Shown here in pieces: positions 26,714-37,065 of a DNA stretch of 47,674 nucleotides (positions are counted from its first letter, which is position 1; every line of letters begins with the position of its first letter). The stretch is from Prorocentrum cordatum (lineage: Eukaryota). Below the pieces are notes generated by a model, which ran no database searches, had not been told where the DNA came from, and saw only the letters and a program-made list of their open reading frames with translations. The stretch spans positions 620,001 to 667,674 of the forward strand of contig CAUYUJ010000148.1 of the NCBI GenBank assembly GCA_963575745.1, read 5' to 3'. The translations under genes and the position numbers were made by a program.

Positions 26714-28063
26714 TTAAGCCTTCGCCTTCGCCCAGCCCGAAGAAGGGCACCAAGGGTCGGGCTCCGCGATAGCCGGAGGGAGCTTCACCTGTAGCAAAAT
26801 CTCGCGCAAGACGCGGCCGACTATCGGGGCAGGCGGCGCCTCAGCGACGAGCTCCTTGTACTGGTTCTCGCCGATGATGCCGTCGTACTGGAAGTGGTCG
26901 TTCGGAATGGCCTGCAGCGACTCCATCTCAGTAGTCGTCATGAACCGCTGCCTCCCCCAGATGAAGTAGCCGTTCGGGCGGCTGGGCGCCAGGCCGATCG
27001 AGCATCCTCGCAAAGTGTCGGGGTCCCTCGTCGGACCGACGCTCAAGTCCGAGATGATGATCTGATTGCCGGGGGGGTTCGGCATCTTCACGTCTATGGC
27101 GGGCTCGAGCCAGTCCTTGACCTTCTTGTAATTGCGGAGCTGGGCCGGACTCAGGCCTGGCGGCTCGTCGAAGTCGGGCCTGGAGAGTGGCGCGACGTAT
27201 GGGTCCAGCACGTCCGCGAGGCTCTTCTCCTCCATCTGAGAGAGGGTCAACGGGTTGGAAACGGCCCTGGGATCCACTGCCGTCTTGAGGATGCCAACGA
27301 AGAACAACCTTTGCGACGCCTGAGGCAGGCCACCATCGCAACGCGCGTCCATCGGGTCGCTCCAGACGTAGTAGCTCGGGTCGCCGCTCTCGGTCGTGAG
27401 CTTCTTCTGCAGGTAGCCGTGCACCGCCGCCATCTCTGGCTTCATGCTCGCGCTGTAGAGGTGGGCCCTGGACTCGAGCAGGAATGCCTTGGGCCTCTTC
27501 TCCTTGATGTAGTTGAGAACGTGCATCGTGACGATATCCTTGCCGTGGGGGTTATCCACGCCGTCGGACAGCTCCTGTGCCGTGTACTGGCCATTGTTCG
27601 GAAGCGAGGCGCAGTAAATGTCCACGTAGGGCGTTTGCTTGTTGGGGCGCTTGGTGATGTCGCTGCACACGATGCACAAGCCCGGGTTGTGCTTCTTGAT
27701 GAACTTGCGTGCCCACAGCCGGTTGTCGGACGCGAACGCGTGCACGACATCCTTCCCGCCGTTGACCAGAACAGCGTCCAAAGCGACCTTGAACGTGTCC
27801 AGCCCCGAGCAGTCGGTGCCCAAGACCACCTTGTCGCTGCTGATACCACCAGTGCCGAGTTCCAGCTGGGACGCCATCTCCACGTCCAGCACCTCCAGCG
27901 ACTGCCGCGTATCATCCAGCTCCGCCGGGGCCACCTCTGGTGGGCCCTCCTCCTGCACAGGAAGCTCAGGGGCCGGGCGCTTGCGCGGGCGGGGCGGCAA
28001 GCCCAACGGGCGCAGAGGCAACGGGCGCAGAGGCAACGGGGCAGACTGCTGATTGAAGGCCAT
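26714..28063 (-). CDS. C5-cytosine methyltransferase-like protein, predicted catalytically inactive (449 aa from ATG 28063)
   Basis: Collinear with the DNMT at 40080-41270. Retained motifs are I (GTDCSGLD), II (FASD), III (DIT) and IX (RFMTTTEMESLQAIP). Degenerate motifs are IV (GFPCQ->SLPNN), VI (ENV->ESR), VIII (QSRRR->QASQR) and X (GNA->AEA). The start is chosen from the SL relic 58 nt upstream; the longer ORF N-terminus is low-complexity. Confidence 0.85.
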   Translation of the reverse strand: MAFNQQSAPLPLRPLPLRPLGLPPRPRKRPAPELPVQEEGPPEVAPAELDDTRQSLEVLDVEMASQLELGTGGISSDKVVLGTDCSGLDTFKVALDAVLVNGGKDVVHAFASDNRLWARKFIKKHNPGLCIVCSDITKRPNKQTPYVDIYCASLPNNGQYTAQELSDGVDNPHGKDIVTMHVLNYIKEKRPKAFLLESRAHLYSASMKPEMAAVHGYLQKKLTTESGDPSYYVWSDPMDARCDGGLPQASQRLFFVGILKTAVDPRAVSNPLTLSQMEEKSLADVLDPYVAPLSRPDFDEPPGLSPAQLRNYKKVKDWLEPAIDVKMPNPPGNQIIISDLSVGPTRDPDTLRGCSIGLAPSRPNGYFIWGRQRFMTTTEMESLQAIPNDHFQYDGIIGENQYKELVAEAPPAPIVGRVLREILLQVKLPPAIAEPDPWCPSSGWAKAKA

Positions 28064-28121
28064 GGCGACCCGCGTCGGTCGGCAAAAGTTCGCACGGCGG
28101 TACGTGCGCCTGCCCAAAAAA

Positions 28122-28143
28122 TTTGGGCCAAAACCATTGCGGA
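28122..28143 (-). promoter_or_regulatory. Relic dinoflagellate spliced leader upstream of the DNMT-like gene
   Basis: TCCGCAATGGTTTTGGCCCAAA vs DinoSL TCCGTAGCCATTTTGGCTCAAG (15/22), 58 nt before the ATG. Confidence 0.55.
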
Positions 28144-28564
28144 CTGGTGCGTTTCGCTCGCTTCTTGCGAAACGTTTTTTCGGCTTCGCAATTGCCCTGC
28201 TCGTCTGTTTGTGTTTCGCGCCGTAGGCCTGCCCCACCCCCTCCCCCTCCTCTTCCTCCTCCCGCTGCTTCCCCTCCCCCTCTCGTTTCGTTGGGGCGTC
28301 GGCTGCGACTGCGAACGATGATGGCGATCGCGGTGGCGGCAGCGGCGGTGATGACGATGACCGAGGTGATCGAGCTTGTGATGATGATGATGATGATGAT
28401 GACAGTGGCGATGACGATGATGATGATTTGTGTTTTACTTGCAACCGCCCAGGCCGCAACAGCCTCGCCAAATCTCGAATGTGTTTTGCAGCCTTGCAAC
28501 ACTCCGAATCATCATCGATGGCGCGCACCGACCGCGCATCGAACGGGGTCCAGCACCACATACT

Positions 28565-31500
28565 TTAAAAGCGCTCAGGGCCTGTAAGGCGCGTTCTCAC
28601 GCACGAGATGGCTGGATCGGCCTTTTCCCCGGCAGTCACAACAGCAACTGAGTTCGCGAATTTCTTCTGCGCGTTGAGACGGGTCGCCTTCTCTGCGAAC
28701 ACAAGCTTACAATCAGGCTCATACAAAGTCCATTTAGACTCGCTCCGCTCGCTCATTCCCCGAATTATCTCGTGCAAAGATGGGTGCGCAGCTATGAACG
28801 CTGCCGAACACCAAGCAAACCGATGCACTGTGACTTGCGGCTTGTAAGCCACGGCGACGCCCGCAGCACCGCGCGTTTCAAGATATACAAACGTGCACAC
28901 CACGCCGCCGATCAGGGCTGCCGCGAACTGGACGCGCTGCCCAGGAGACTCCACATCCTTAACAACGAACACGTCCGCCTCTGGACGAGTCGCAACTACG
29001 CCGGCCCCGTTCCTATTTAGTACGTCAGCAACACGGCTCGCCTCCGGGAGGGCCACGGACTTATCGAAGAAAACATTCTTGCCGCGCAGTCGTGCGACGT
29101 GCGGCGCCTCGGCTGCGGACTGTCTCTTGGCCTTCGCCACGTATGCATTGACCCTCTTTCTCTCCGTCGCTACTTGGTCGAGGACGCCCTTGAGCTCCTC
29201 CTGATGGTGACGCACCCCCGAAATCAGAAGATAGTTTGGGTCCTCCTCCTCCGCCGCGTCCTCCCCCCCCGTCCTCCTCCTCCCCCCCCGCCCCCCCCCG
29301 TCCTCCCCCCCCGTTTTTTGCTGTGTTGCATCATCAGCATTGCATTGTTTTCCTGCGTTGCATGTCGCCGCTTTGACTTGGCTGACCACGTGCCTGTTCG
29401 AGTGTTCTCCTCCTCCCCCCCTCAGCCCCCTCCCCCTGTGCACAGCTTTTCCCCTGCTGACTTCCCGCGCCCCGCAGGGGCCCTCCGACGTGGCGCCAGG
29501 GATGATAGGAGGGCGAGGAGTGTGGGGCCAGGGACGGGAGGGGGGCGGGGCCAGGGATAGGAGGGTGAGGAGGAAATTTTCATTGTTCCATCCTGGGTCC
29601 TCGCTGGCGCAGGCCATCTGGTCCTCCGGGATCTCTCCATTCAGCACGGAATCGTGAAAACGCTTCTGCCTCTTATTCTGCTGGAACTTCACCTCCTTCT
29701 CGTGGTCGGCGGCCCATCCGTCAACCCCGACGGTCCGCGTGCCCGGGGCGCTCATCAAGTCGACTGGCCGTTTCTGGGAAACAACGCCCTGAACATCGGC
29801 GCGCCTGCCCCGAATCCAGGACGTCTCAGTGTTGACGTCGCGCGCCCTTGCGGGGGCTTCCTTGCGAATGTCCATGCGGACGCGCACTCTTGGCCTGCGA
29901 ACCGGTCCGTAAATCTTTGCCCAGATCTTAGGCGCCAGCGCCACCGCTCGATCGATGTGGCCCTTGCTCCACGGCTGCTTGATCACGAGCTCGTCCTGTA
30001 TGTAGCCCCCCCACTTGTCTGGCCGATTCGCGCCAGCGAGGTTGAGGATCTGCGAGAAGTTCTGCTCAAGGCCGCTAGTGCTCGGGCCGTAGGCGCCGAA
30101 GGTCATCAGTACTGGCCTCAACGCCCCCACCGGGTGGAGCTTCGCGTTTCGGGCGTCTTTCTGACACTCGGCAACCGCCATCGCCCACGCGGCAATAGTA
30201 CCAGTACAAGACGGGTCTATCAGCATCTGCTGCGCTATCGGCCTCACGTCGTTGAGCTGGCTGAACAGCGCGGTCGGGTTCACGCCGACGAATTCGGCCA
30301 AGCTGTCGCAACTTGCTCGCAATTGGGACATAGTCTGATTCCCTAGGTCATGCTGCGAACCCTGTGCGGGCGCGCCGAGGGACTGCGATAGCTCGCCGAG
30401 ATTGAATGCCCTCATCGCGTAGATGATCTCGAACTCGGGAATTTCTGCACGTATGGTCTCGCGGGCCAAGTGGACCCAATTAGCCATCCGTTGCACGCAC
30501 CTCCTCCTGACGTCGACGGGGACGCCGGCCGCGCATCCCAGCGTCTTCTGACCATCCATTGCGAGGAGGAGCACGGGCGTCTGAAGTTGCTGCACCATGT
30601 ACTGCGTGTAGCCGAGCTTCCAACAATGTTCATCAACGAAGAGAGCATGGATCCTGCTGAGGAAGGCGCGCAAGTTCATGGAAACAGCAGAGACGTCCAT
30701 GCGCTCGGTGTCCATGACGCGGATGAGCATGTTGCACTCGTCCCCCGCATCTGCCAGGAGAGCCAACGTGACTGCGCGCTCCACGTCCAGAAAGGACAAG
30801 TACGCCGAGGCCAGCTTGCTCTCCTGCTTGCCCACGCGAGAGGTAGCTATCTGGGTTGCCGTCGCAATCACGCTCTTGAACAGCAGGACGTGTCGCCCGA
30901 AAGGCTTCTGCGTCGAATTGAAGCGATGCTTTGCGAAGCTCAGGTCGCGGATCCTGTTGGCCTGGAACGGGCACTGATCCAACTTCTCATTGTGTTGCTG
31001 AAACCATCCCTTGAACGTCGGGGAGTTCTGTATCAGGGTCGTGATCGAACCTTTCGCGAGGATCATGATGTCCGCCGTGTCGCTCAGGTACTGGTCTGCA
31101 GCCCATGCCCTCGAGCACACCCTCCGGACGCCGTGGGGCTTGTCCTGCGCAACCTTTTTCAAGTTAGGGAGCACGTCGCGAGAAATGCACCCAGCTGCCT
31201 GGGCCCACCCGGCGTCCTCTCAGGGCGCGGAAAATGGGATGGAGCGGGGGAGGAGAGGAGGAGGGCAGAAGGGAACGGAGGTTGCGGAGGAGGGGGAGAA
31301 AGAGGGTTAGGAGAGCACGAGGAGGCGGAGCAGCAGCGGTGGAGGTGGTGATAAGGGAGGTGGAAGACGAGGGAGAGTGAACGAGGAGAAGGAGGGAGGA
31401 GAGTAAAAGAGAAGGAGAGCAGCAGCGGCAGAAGGTCCTTCAAGAACTTGCCAGCCACTTGCTCCGGCGCTGCAGAGTCAGCTGTATACATCTGCACGGA

Positions 31501-32451
31501 CTCGCACACGCTCTTGAACAGCTTCTGGTCGAATCTGCCGTGCTTCTTCGAAAACGGCGGGCCCCGAAATGGCGTGCAAAACTCCCGAAGGACGTGCAGG
31601 GAAGCGTCCCGGATGCCAGTCGCTCTGCCGTTGAACGGCGGCTTTGTCAAATCACATACACCGACGATACCGCTCATCACGTTGATGTTCGCATCGCAGC
31701 CCCTGATGCGCATGAGCAGGACCTCCTCCGTAGTGTCTTGCAGAATAGAAGACACTGTCTTCTTCTTGAAGAAGGAGCGCAATAGAGACCGCAATGCCTC
31801 GGCTATGCACCAAACCATGCGTCTCTTCTTTCTTGCTCTTCCGAATGCGGGGAGGTCGGATGGGCCCTCTCCCCGAACTGCCTGCAGGAGGCTTCTGAAA
31901 GTCGAAACAGATGGGGCCCCAGGAACCGTAATTTGGACAGGCGTCTTCCCAGATGCGATGGTGCCAACGACGACGCTGCTCAGCTCCTTGTGAATCTGTG
32001 AGCTCACGTGCTTCTTGATGTTGGATTGGATCAGGACATCAGGCGAATCCAAACTGAATTGGGCGAGGCCGGGCTTGTTCATCTTGGTGCTTGTAGAGCA
32101 TATCCAGCAGCCCAGCGCTGGCCTTCCCGTCGACATCGTCGCGAACGCTGCCCACGTACCGCGGTCTGGGGCCAGAGGGTCCAAGAGGGTTTCGCGCCAG
32201 AACCAGTGCGATGTACCCAGGCGTTTAGCTGCGAAACAGATAACGCAATCTACAGAATCACACAAGTCGACGTGCTTCTCGTACTTGTCGATGGTGTAGT
32301 CACTGAGGCGAGTGAATTGGAAGTCCCTGCACAGCGGCGCCCCCAGGGCTGGCGGTTGGCTGCTGGCGGCGGGTCGCGGGCGCGTCGCCCCGCCGCTAGG
32401 CGCGGCGGACGGCGGCGGAATGGCGTCCAAGAAAACATCCCAGCCGTCCAT
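28565..32451 (-). CDS. hAT-superfamily-like DDE transposase (ZNF862/C17orf113-type), ~1088 aa; predicted exons 32451-31438, 31216-29600 and 29200-28565
   Basis: N-terminal Zn finger GCWICS...IKKHVSSQIHK; first Asp in SSILQDTTEE; second Asp in MYTADSAA; DKPH at the CxxH position; RFNS (RWxS-like); PSTSGLEQNFS (ERxFS-like Glu). Removing two low-complexity GA...AG segments (31437-31217 and 29599-29201, both with AG|GA at each junction) joins the two long ORFs in frame. The C-terminal region looks BRCT-like. Confidence 0.75.
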
Positions 32452-33469
32452 TGCCGGCAGATGGAGTCTGGCGTCAGCCAGGAAGCGAGGGGTGGTCTAA
32501 GGAAAGGGGGGCGGTGAAGGAGGTCAGGAGGAGGAGGGGGGAGGAGAGAGGCGGTGGAGGAGGTCGAGGAAATCGTGGTGGTGGAGACGAGGAGAGGAGG
32601 AGGAGGGCGGCGGGAGGAGAGACGGCCGGCCGGCGCGCGCCGCAGGGGCTGGCGAGGCCGAGGCGGCCGAGGGCTTCCGCGAGGCCGGGGCGGGCCGGCC
32701 CCGCTCGAGCCTCCGCGTCGTCGGACGACGAGGAAGGAGGATGAGGAGGAGGAGAGGGAGAGGAGGAGGAGGAGGAGGAGGAGGAGGAGGAGGAGGAGGA
32801 GGAGGAGGAGGAGAATGAGGAGGAAGGAGGAGGGGGAGGAGGAAGGAGGAGGGGGAGGAGGAGGGGGTAGGGGAGAGGAGGACGAGGGGGGGGCTAACCA
32901 CGCACGCACGCACACACGCACACACACACACACACACACACTCACTCACTCACTACTCGAAGCAACATCGATACCGCTACTCGCTGGACCTCGCCCGGGG
33001 CGCGTTCGGATCAGAATCTCGAGGCGAATCCAGCCGCGGCGACGAGTGTCATCCAGCGGTATCGACATTGCTTCATCCACCAGGTGTCAGGAGGAGAACC
33101 GCCTTCTCCTCCTCCTCCAGCTTGGGATCCTCAAGTGGCGGTGCTGTTGTGATGTTGTTGTGATGATAATGAGGATGAGGATCAGGATGGCGATGAGGAG
33201 CGTTCTGGTACGCCGGCGCTCTGCCTATTCGTCGCGCTGGCTAGGCTACCTCAGGATTCAAGCTGCAATCGGCCTCCTTAGGATGCCCTATCGCAGATCT
33301 AACAACGAGTGCGCTGCATAACGTCCTGCGCCGCCTAGGCTGACAGGGAAAATGCGAGCGCCGTCTATTCAACGTGTCTTCCCTGCTCCTCCTCCCTCCC
33401 TCTCCTCCCTCTCTCCCCGTCTCCTCCTCCTCCTCCATCTTCTTCCTTCCAGGCAACAGGCCAGCAACA

Positions 33470-34243
33470 CTACGAGGCCTCGCGCGCAGCCCGCGCAGCC
33501 ACCGCTCCCATTCCGCGCGGTGGACTCGTGAACATCCTATCGATCTTATCGAGTTTCTCAGTCACCGCGGCCAGCTTCGCGTCCACTACAGTCTGCCACG
33601 AGTCCACTGCAGTGCCAAGCCCCTTCAGCTTCGCGTCCACGTTGGTCTGCAACGATTCCGCTGCAGCCTCGAGCCTCTCGAGCTTCGAGTCCACTGCAGT
33701 CTGCATAACGTCCAGCCTGTCGAGCGTCCTCTGCAGCGCATCGAGCTTCGCATCGAGCGTCGTCTGCATCGCGTCGATCTTCGCATCGAGCGTCGTCTGC
33801 ATCGCGTCGATCTTCGGGGGCGTCGGCTGCATCGCGACGAGCCCTGGAGCACCGGGCAGCGGGGCCTGGACAACGCCACCGGCGAGCTGACCCTGGGCCG
33901 CGGGGTCGGGGGGCCCTGCAGGACCACCGGGGAGCGCTGGAGGAGCGACGGCGTCCTGCGTGTCAGGCTGATCAGGCTCAGCAGCACGGATAGAGTCCTC
34001 ATGCGTCCACACTTCCTCGATCCTCGACCCGAACTCACGTGTGCACGCGTAACAGTAGCCGCACTTGACGTCCGTGCGCCGCACGTGGAGCTCAGATGCA
34101 ATATGTTCTGGAGTCATGCAAACGCCCTTGCTGCTGCACATGTAACACCGCCAGTTATCATTTACCCACTTGCACCAAGGAGCCGGCCTCCATGCCCCGT
34201 TCTGCAGCCTGACCTGCTGAGGGGGTTCCCACGAAGCGTCCAT
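33470..34243 (-). CDS. Zn-finger (U1/matrin-like C2H2) plus coiled-coil protein, 257 aa
   Basis: WRCYMCSSKGVCMTPEHIASELH and CYACTREF...H motifs; C-terminal 11-aa repeats (KIDAMQTTLDA); strong GC3 bias; SL relics upstream. Confidence 0.7.
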   Translation of the reverse strand: MDASWEPPQQVRLQNGAWRPAPWCKWVNDNWRCYMCSSKGVCMTPEHIASELHVRRTDVKCGYCYACTREFGSRIEEVWTHEDSIRAAEPDQPDTQDAVAPPALPGGPAGPPDPAAQGQLAGGVVQAPLPGAPGLVAMQPTPPKIDAMQTTLDAKIDAMQTTLDAKLDALQRTLDRLDVMQTAVDSKLERLEAAAESLQTNVDAKLKGLGTAVDSWQTVVDAKLAAVTEKLDKIDRMFTSPPRGMGAVAARAAREAS

Positions 34244-34305
34244 CGTTGATGTAGTAGTAAAGTGATTTGATGTTGTAGTAAAGTGATGTGCCTGACTGCG
34301 TGGGT

Positions 34306-34341
34306 CTTCGAGCAAAATGCTCGAACCAAAAAAGCTATATT
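34306..34341 (-). promoter_or_regulatory. Tandem relic spliced leaders
   Basis: AATATAGCTTTTTTGGTTCGAG is directly followed by CATTTTGCTCGAAG, resembling a full SL plus a truncated CCATTTTGGCTCAAG; 62 nt before ATG 34243. Confidence 0.55.
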
Positions 34342-34411
34342 ACGATGGGTATCTCTCGCCTAAAGATAGCTATTTGCTTGGCCCGACCCCACGAGGCAGG
34401 AGGAGGAGGAT

Positions 34412-35160
34412 GAGGAGGGAGGAGGGGTCCCAGCAGGGCTTTTTTCCCAACCATCCTGCGGCTCGTTTTGAAGAGACAGCGCCCCGCGTTCCCACCTTCT
34501 TCCCGCTGCCCCCTCCCTCCTCCCATCTTCATCACTTCGTCTTAACAGCTTCGGAAACTACACGGATGGAGGTCGCTTTCCCAACCACCCTGTGGTGTTG
34601 GGTCCTCGTTTTGAAGAGACAGCGCCAGTCGGGCTGGCTGGTTCGGCCTCGTTTAACGTTTGTTGGCCGGTTCGGCCACAGGGTTCGCATGCTCCCCAAC
34701 ACCCATTTTGGGCAATCAGCCTTAGACATATCATCCGTTGTTACGGATGGTCGTGTCGAAGTCTTCTGAAGCTGGGCGGGGGTGGAGCATGGGTCAGCCG
34801 AAGCAGCTGAGGGCGGATGGGTCAGCCGAAGCAGCTGGCACGGATTATGCCTTAGAGGAGATGGCGGAGAAGAGGAGGCGGACGAGAGGAGAGGATGCTC
34901 TTGTCCTGCACACGATGGCCAGGGAGGCGGAGGGGAGGAGATGAAATGAGGCGGTGGAGTGGAGAGGAGAGGAGGGAGGGAGGAGGGACGGAGGGAGGAG
35001 GGAGGGAGGCAGAGGAGGATGCGGCACTGATTCAAACTGACTAGTAGGTAGGTAGGAGGAGAAGGATGAGGAGGGGGAGGAGGAGGGGGGGGAGGGGGAG
35101 GAGGAGGAGGGGAGGGAGCCCAGCACACCTCGCGTTTCCTGGGGTTCCGCTTAAAACCGC
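34412..35160 (+). repeat. ~750-bp direct repeat, copy 1
   Basis: Near-identical to 41976-42732; flanked by a 35-bp duplication (34365-34399 and 35185-35219, 2 mismatches). Confidence 0.95.
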
Positions 35161-35519
35161 TTCGGTATTTTAGCCTGGGGTGTCGATAGCTATTTGTTTG
35201 GCCCGACCCCGCGAGGCAGACGACACCGCTCACCAGCGCTGAAGAGAGAGGCTGCACTTCTTTTCACTCCAAGGCTTGCCCGAGGCAAGGTCGGTTCGCT
35301 CTGCGAGCGTGCATGCAAACAGACATGGCAACAGCGATCGAAAACTCTGCCGGCAGAGATGCACACTAAAGGATACTCGGTCGTTCAGCCTGACATATAG
35401 CTGAGACCTTCTGTTGGCGCAAATCAATTCGCGCTGAGATGCACACTGCACGGGCCGCAGGTGGGCCATTCGAAGTATGGTGTAATGGGGCCCCTTGTGG
35501 GCCATTCCCTCACAGATGT

Positions 35520-36654
35520 CTATAGACCAATGAACTCTAGAAGGTCCTGGGGGGTCATAGCATCTGGCCTGGCATTGTTGCCAGTGCAGAAGCGGAAACT
35601 GGGCATCGCCCGCGGCATGCGGGATGTGTTTGCACTGCCGCGGTGCAAGTTCCACATATCTCATTACACAAAGCCCAGGCTTGCCTAGGAAAATCACCTG
35701 TTCCTTGTTGGTACTCCAGCTCTCCAGAAACAGCGGTCCATGTCGGAGGTCTGTTTCCGCCGTCAGGACTGATATACAGAACCATTGCAGGTAGTAGTTG
35801 CAGTCCCGATGCCAATCGCACGGGTTCTTGTGGGCGAGCTCGGTGGCGTCGCCCACACCTTGCTCGACGTAGTCACCGCCGCAATTGTGAAACTTGATGT
35901 TGTAGGCCTTGACCAACTCCGCCAGCACAAAGGAGAACTGATGACGTCGGAGGATGATCTTGAGAGCCTCTTGCCAAGCGCCGCGGTAGATATTCTGAAT
36001 ACTGTCGACGCACGTGCGCCCCGTCCCACGATTGTGCTTCGTGGCGGGCATGGACGCCAACAACGCCATGTCGACAGAAACTCTGTGCAAGGCGAGCAAG
36101 TCCTCGGCGTCCAGGCCGAGGTCGATCACGACGAAGCCGTGATCCATGAAGAAACGCCATGCCGCATCCCCATCTGCACGTTGCGCCACGGTCTCCGCAA
36201 AGAACACACCTGGAGGCGGCCCTGCTGGCGGCGCGGGCACCCTCGGCGGCGGCGGTATCTGCAGGGCCGACGGCGGCGGCCCTGCTGGGGGCCTGGGTAC
36301 GCTCGGCGGAGGTGTGCTCGGCGGCGGCCGCGCCGACGCGTTCACCACCGCGTCCGCCAGGGCGGGGGCTGCAGGACTCACCGGGCCATTCGGCGGCGAC
36401 CCTGCGGGCGCTGGCGCCCGGCGCTGGGACCACCGGGTCCGCCAGGGAATTTTCGGGTCAGCAGTAGCTGCAGACAGGAGGATCGACGACGGCGACTCCG
36501 CCGGCGGCTCGGGATCGTCGGACCAGTTCTCGGACGCGTCGGGCCCGTGCACGGCGAGCCTGTCTCCCGCGAGCCTGAGCACTTTCACGGCACACATGGC
36601 GCCCACGACCATGCCTACGGCACACATGGCGACGCCCATAACATATGGCTCCAT
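35520..36654 (-). pseudogene. PhyH-family 2-oxoglutarate/Fe(II) dioxygenase with an N-terminal hydrophobic helix and Pro-rich linker; frameshift at ~35649
   Basis: FFMDHGFVVI, WHRD (HxD), HGPL and GKPGLCVMR; after a 1-nt shift the frame continues LHRGSANTSRMPR (distal His and 2OG-binding Arg) to TAG at 35522-35520. The start MEPYVMG lies 41 nt after an SL relic. Confidence 0.75.
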
Positions 36655-36695
36655 GGCACGGCGCGGGTGCAGCCTTGAGCTGCTGGCGTCTGCAC

Positions 36696-36721
36696 CTTGA
36701 GGAAGCCCAAACGGCTGCGGA
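36696..36721 (-). promoter_or_regulatory. Relic spliced leader upstream of the dioxygenase
   Basis: TCCGCAGCCGTTTGGGCT[TCCT]CAAG matches 15/18 of the SL 5' part and ends in CAAG after a 4-nt insertion. Confidence 0.6.
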
Positions 36722-37065
36722 TGAGCACCGTCAAAACTCATAGTGCGGTTATCTGGTCATCTTCGCGCCCTCGCGCCGCCCCTCTCGAGGAAGGCGGCTT
36801 TCCAGGCTTCCAGGCATTGGCCGCGAGGCGCGAGACGCTATGACGCTATGACGATATGTGTTATGCGCTATGTTATGATGTTATGATCTCCGCGCCCCTC
36901 GGAGGATGGCAGGAGGGGGAGAGCGAGGAGGGGGGGGAGGAGGAGTAGGAGGAGGAGGAGGATGAGGAGGAGAAGGAGGAGGAAGAGGGAATCTCCTCCT
37001 CCTCCTCCCCCGTCTCCACCTCATCCTCTTCTTCATCAAGCGGCTCTCGGAGGCGGGGCGTCAGA

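Noticed and set aside
28064..28561. N-terminal 166 aa of the 615-aa ORF 26714-28561
   Set aside because: The region is low-complexity and lies upstream of or across the SL relic; ATG 28063 is the better start.
26894..31351. Long + strand ORFs antisense to the DNMT-like and transposase genes (similar ones at 35785-36678, 40014-40631 and 43040-44255)
   Set aside because: They are antisense shadows caused by high GC3 in the real genes.
32452..32500. SL relic upstream of the transposase (minus-strand cgcttcctggctgacg)
   Set aside because: It has too few matches to distinguish from chance.
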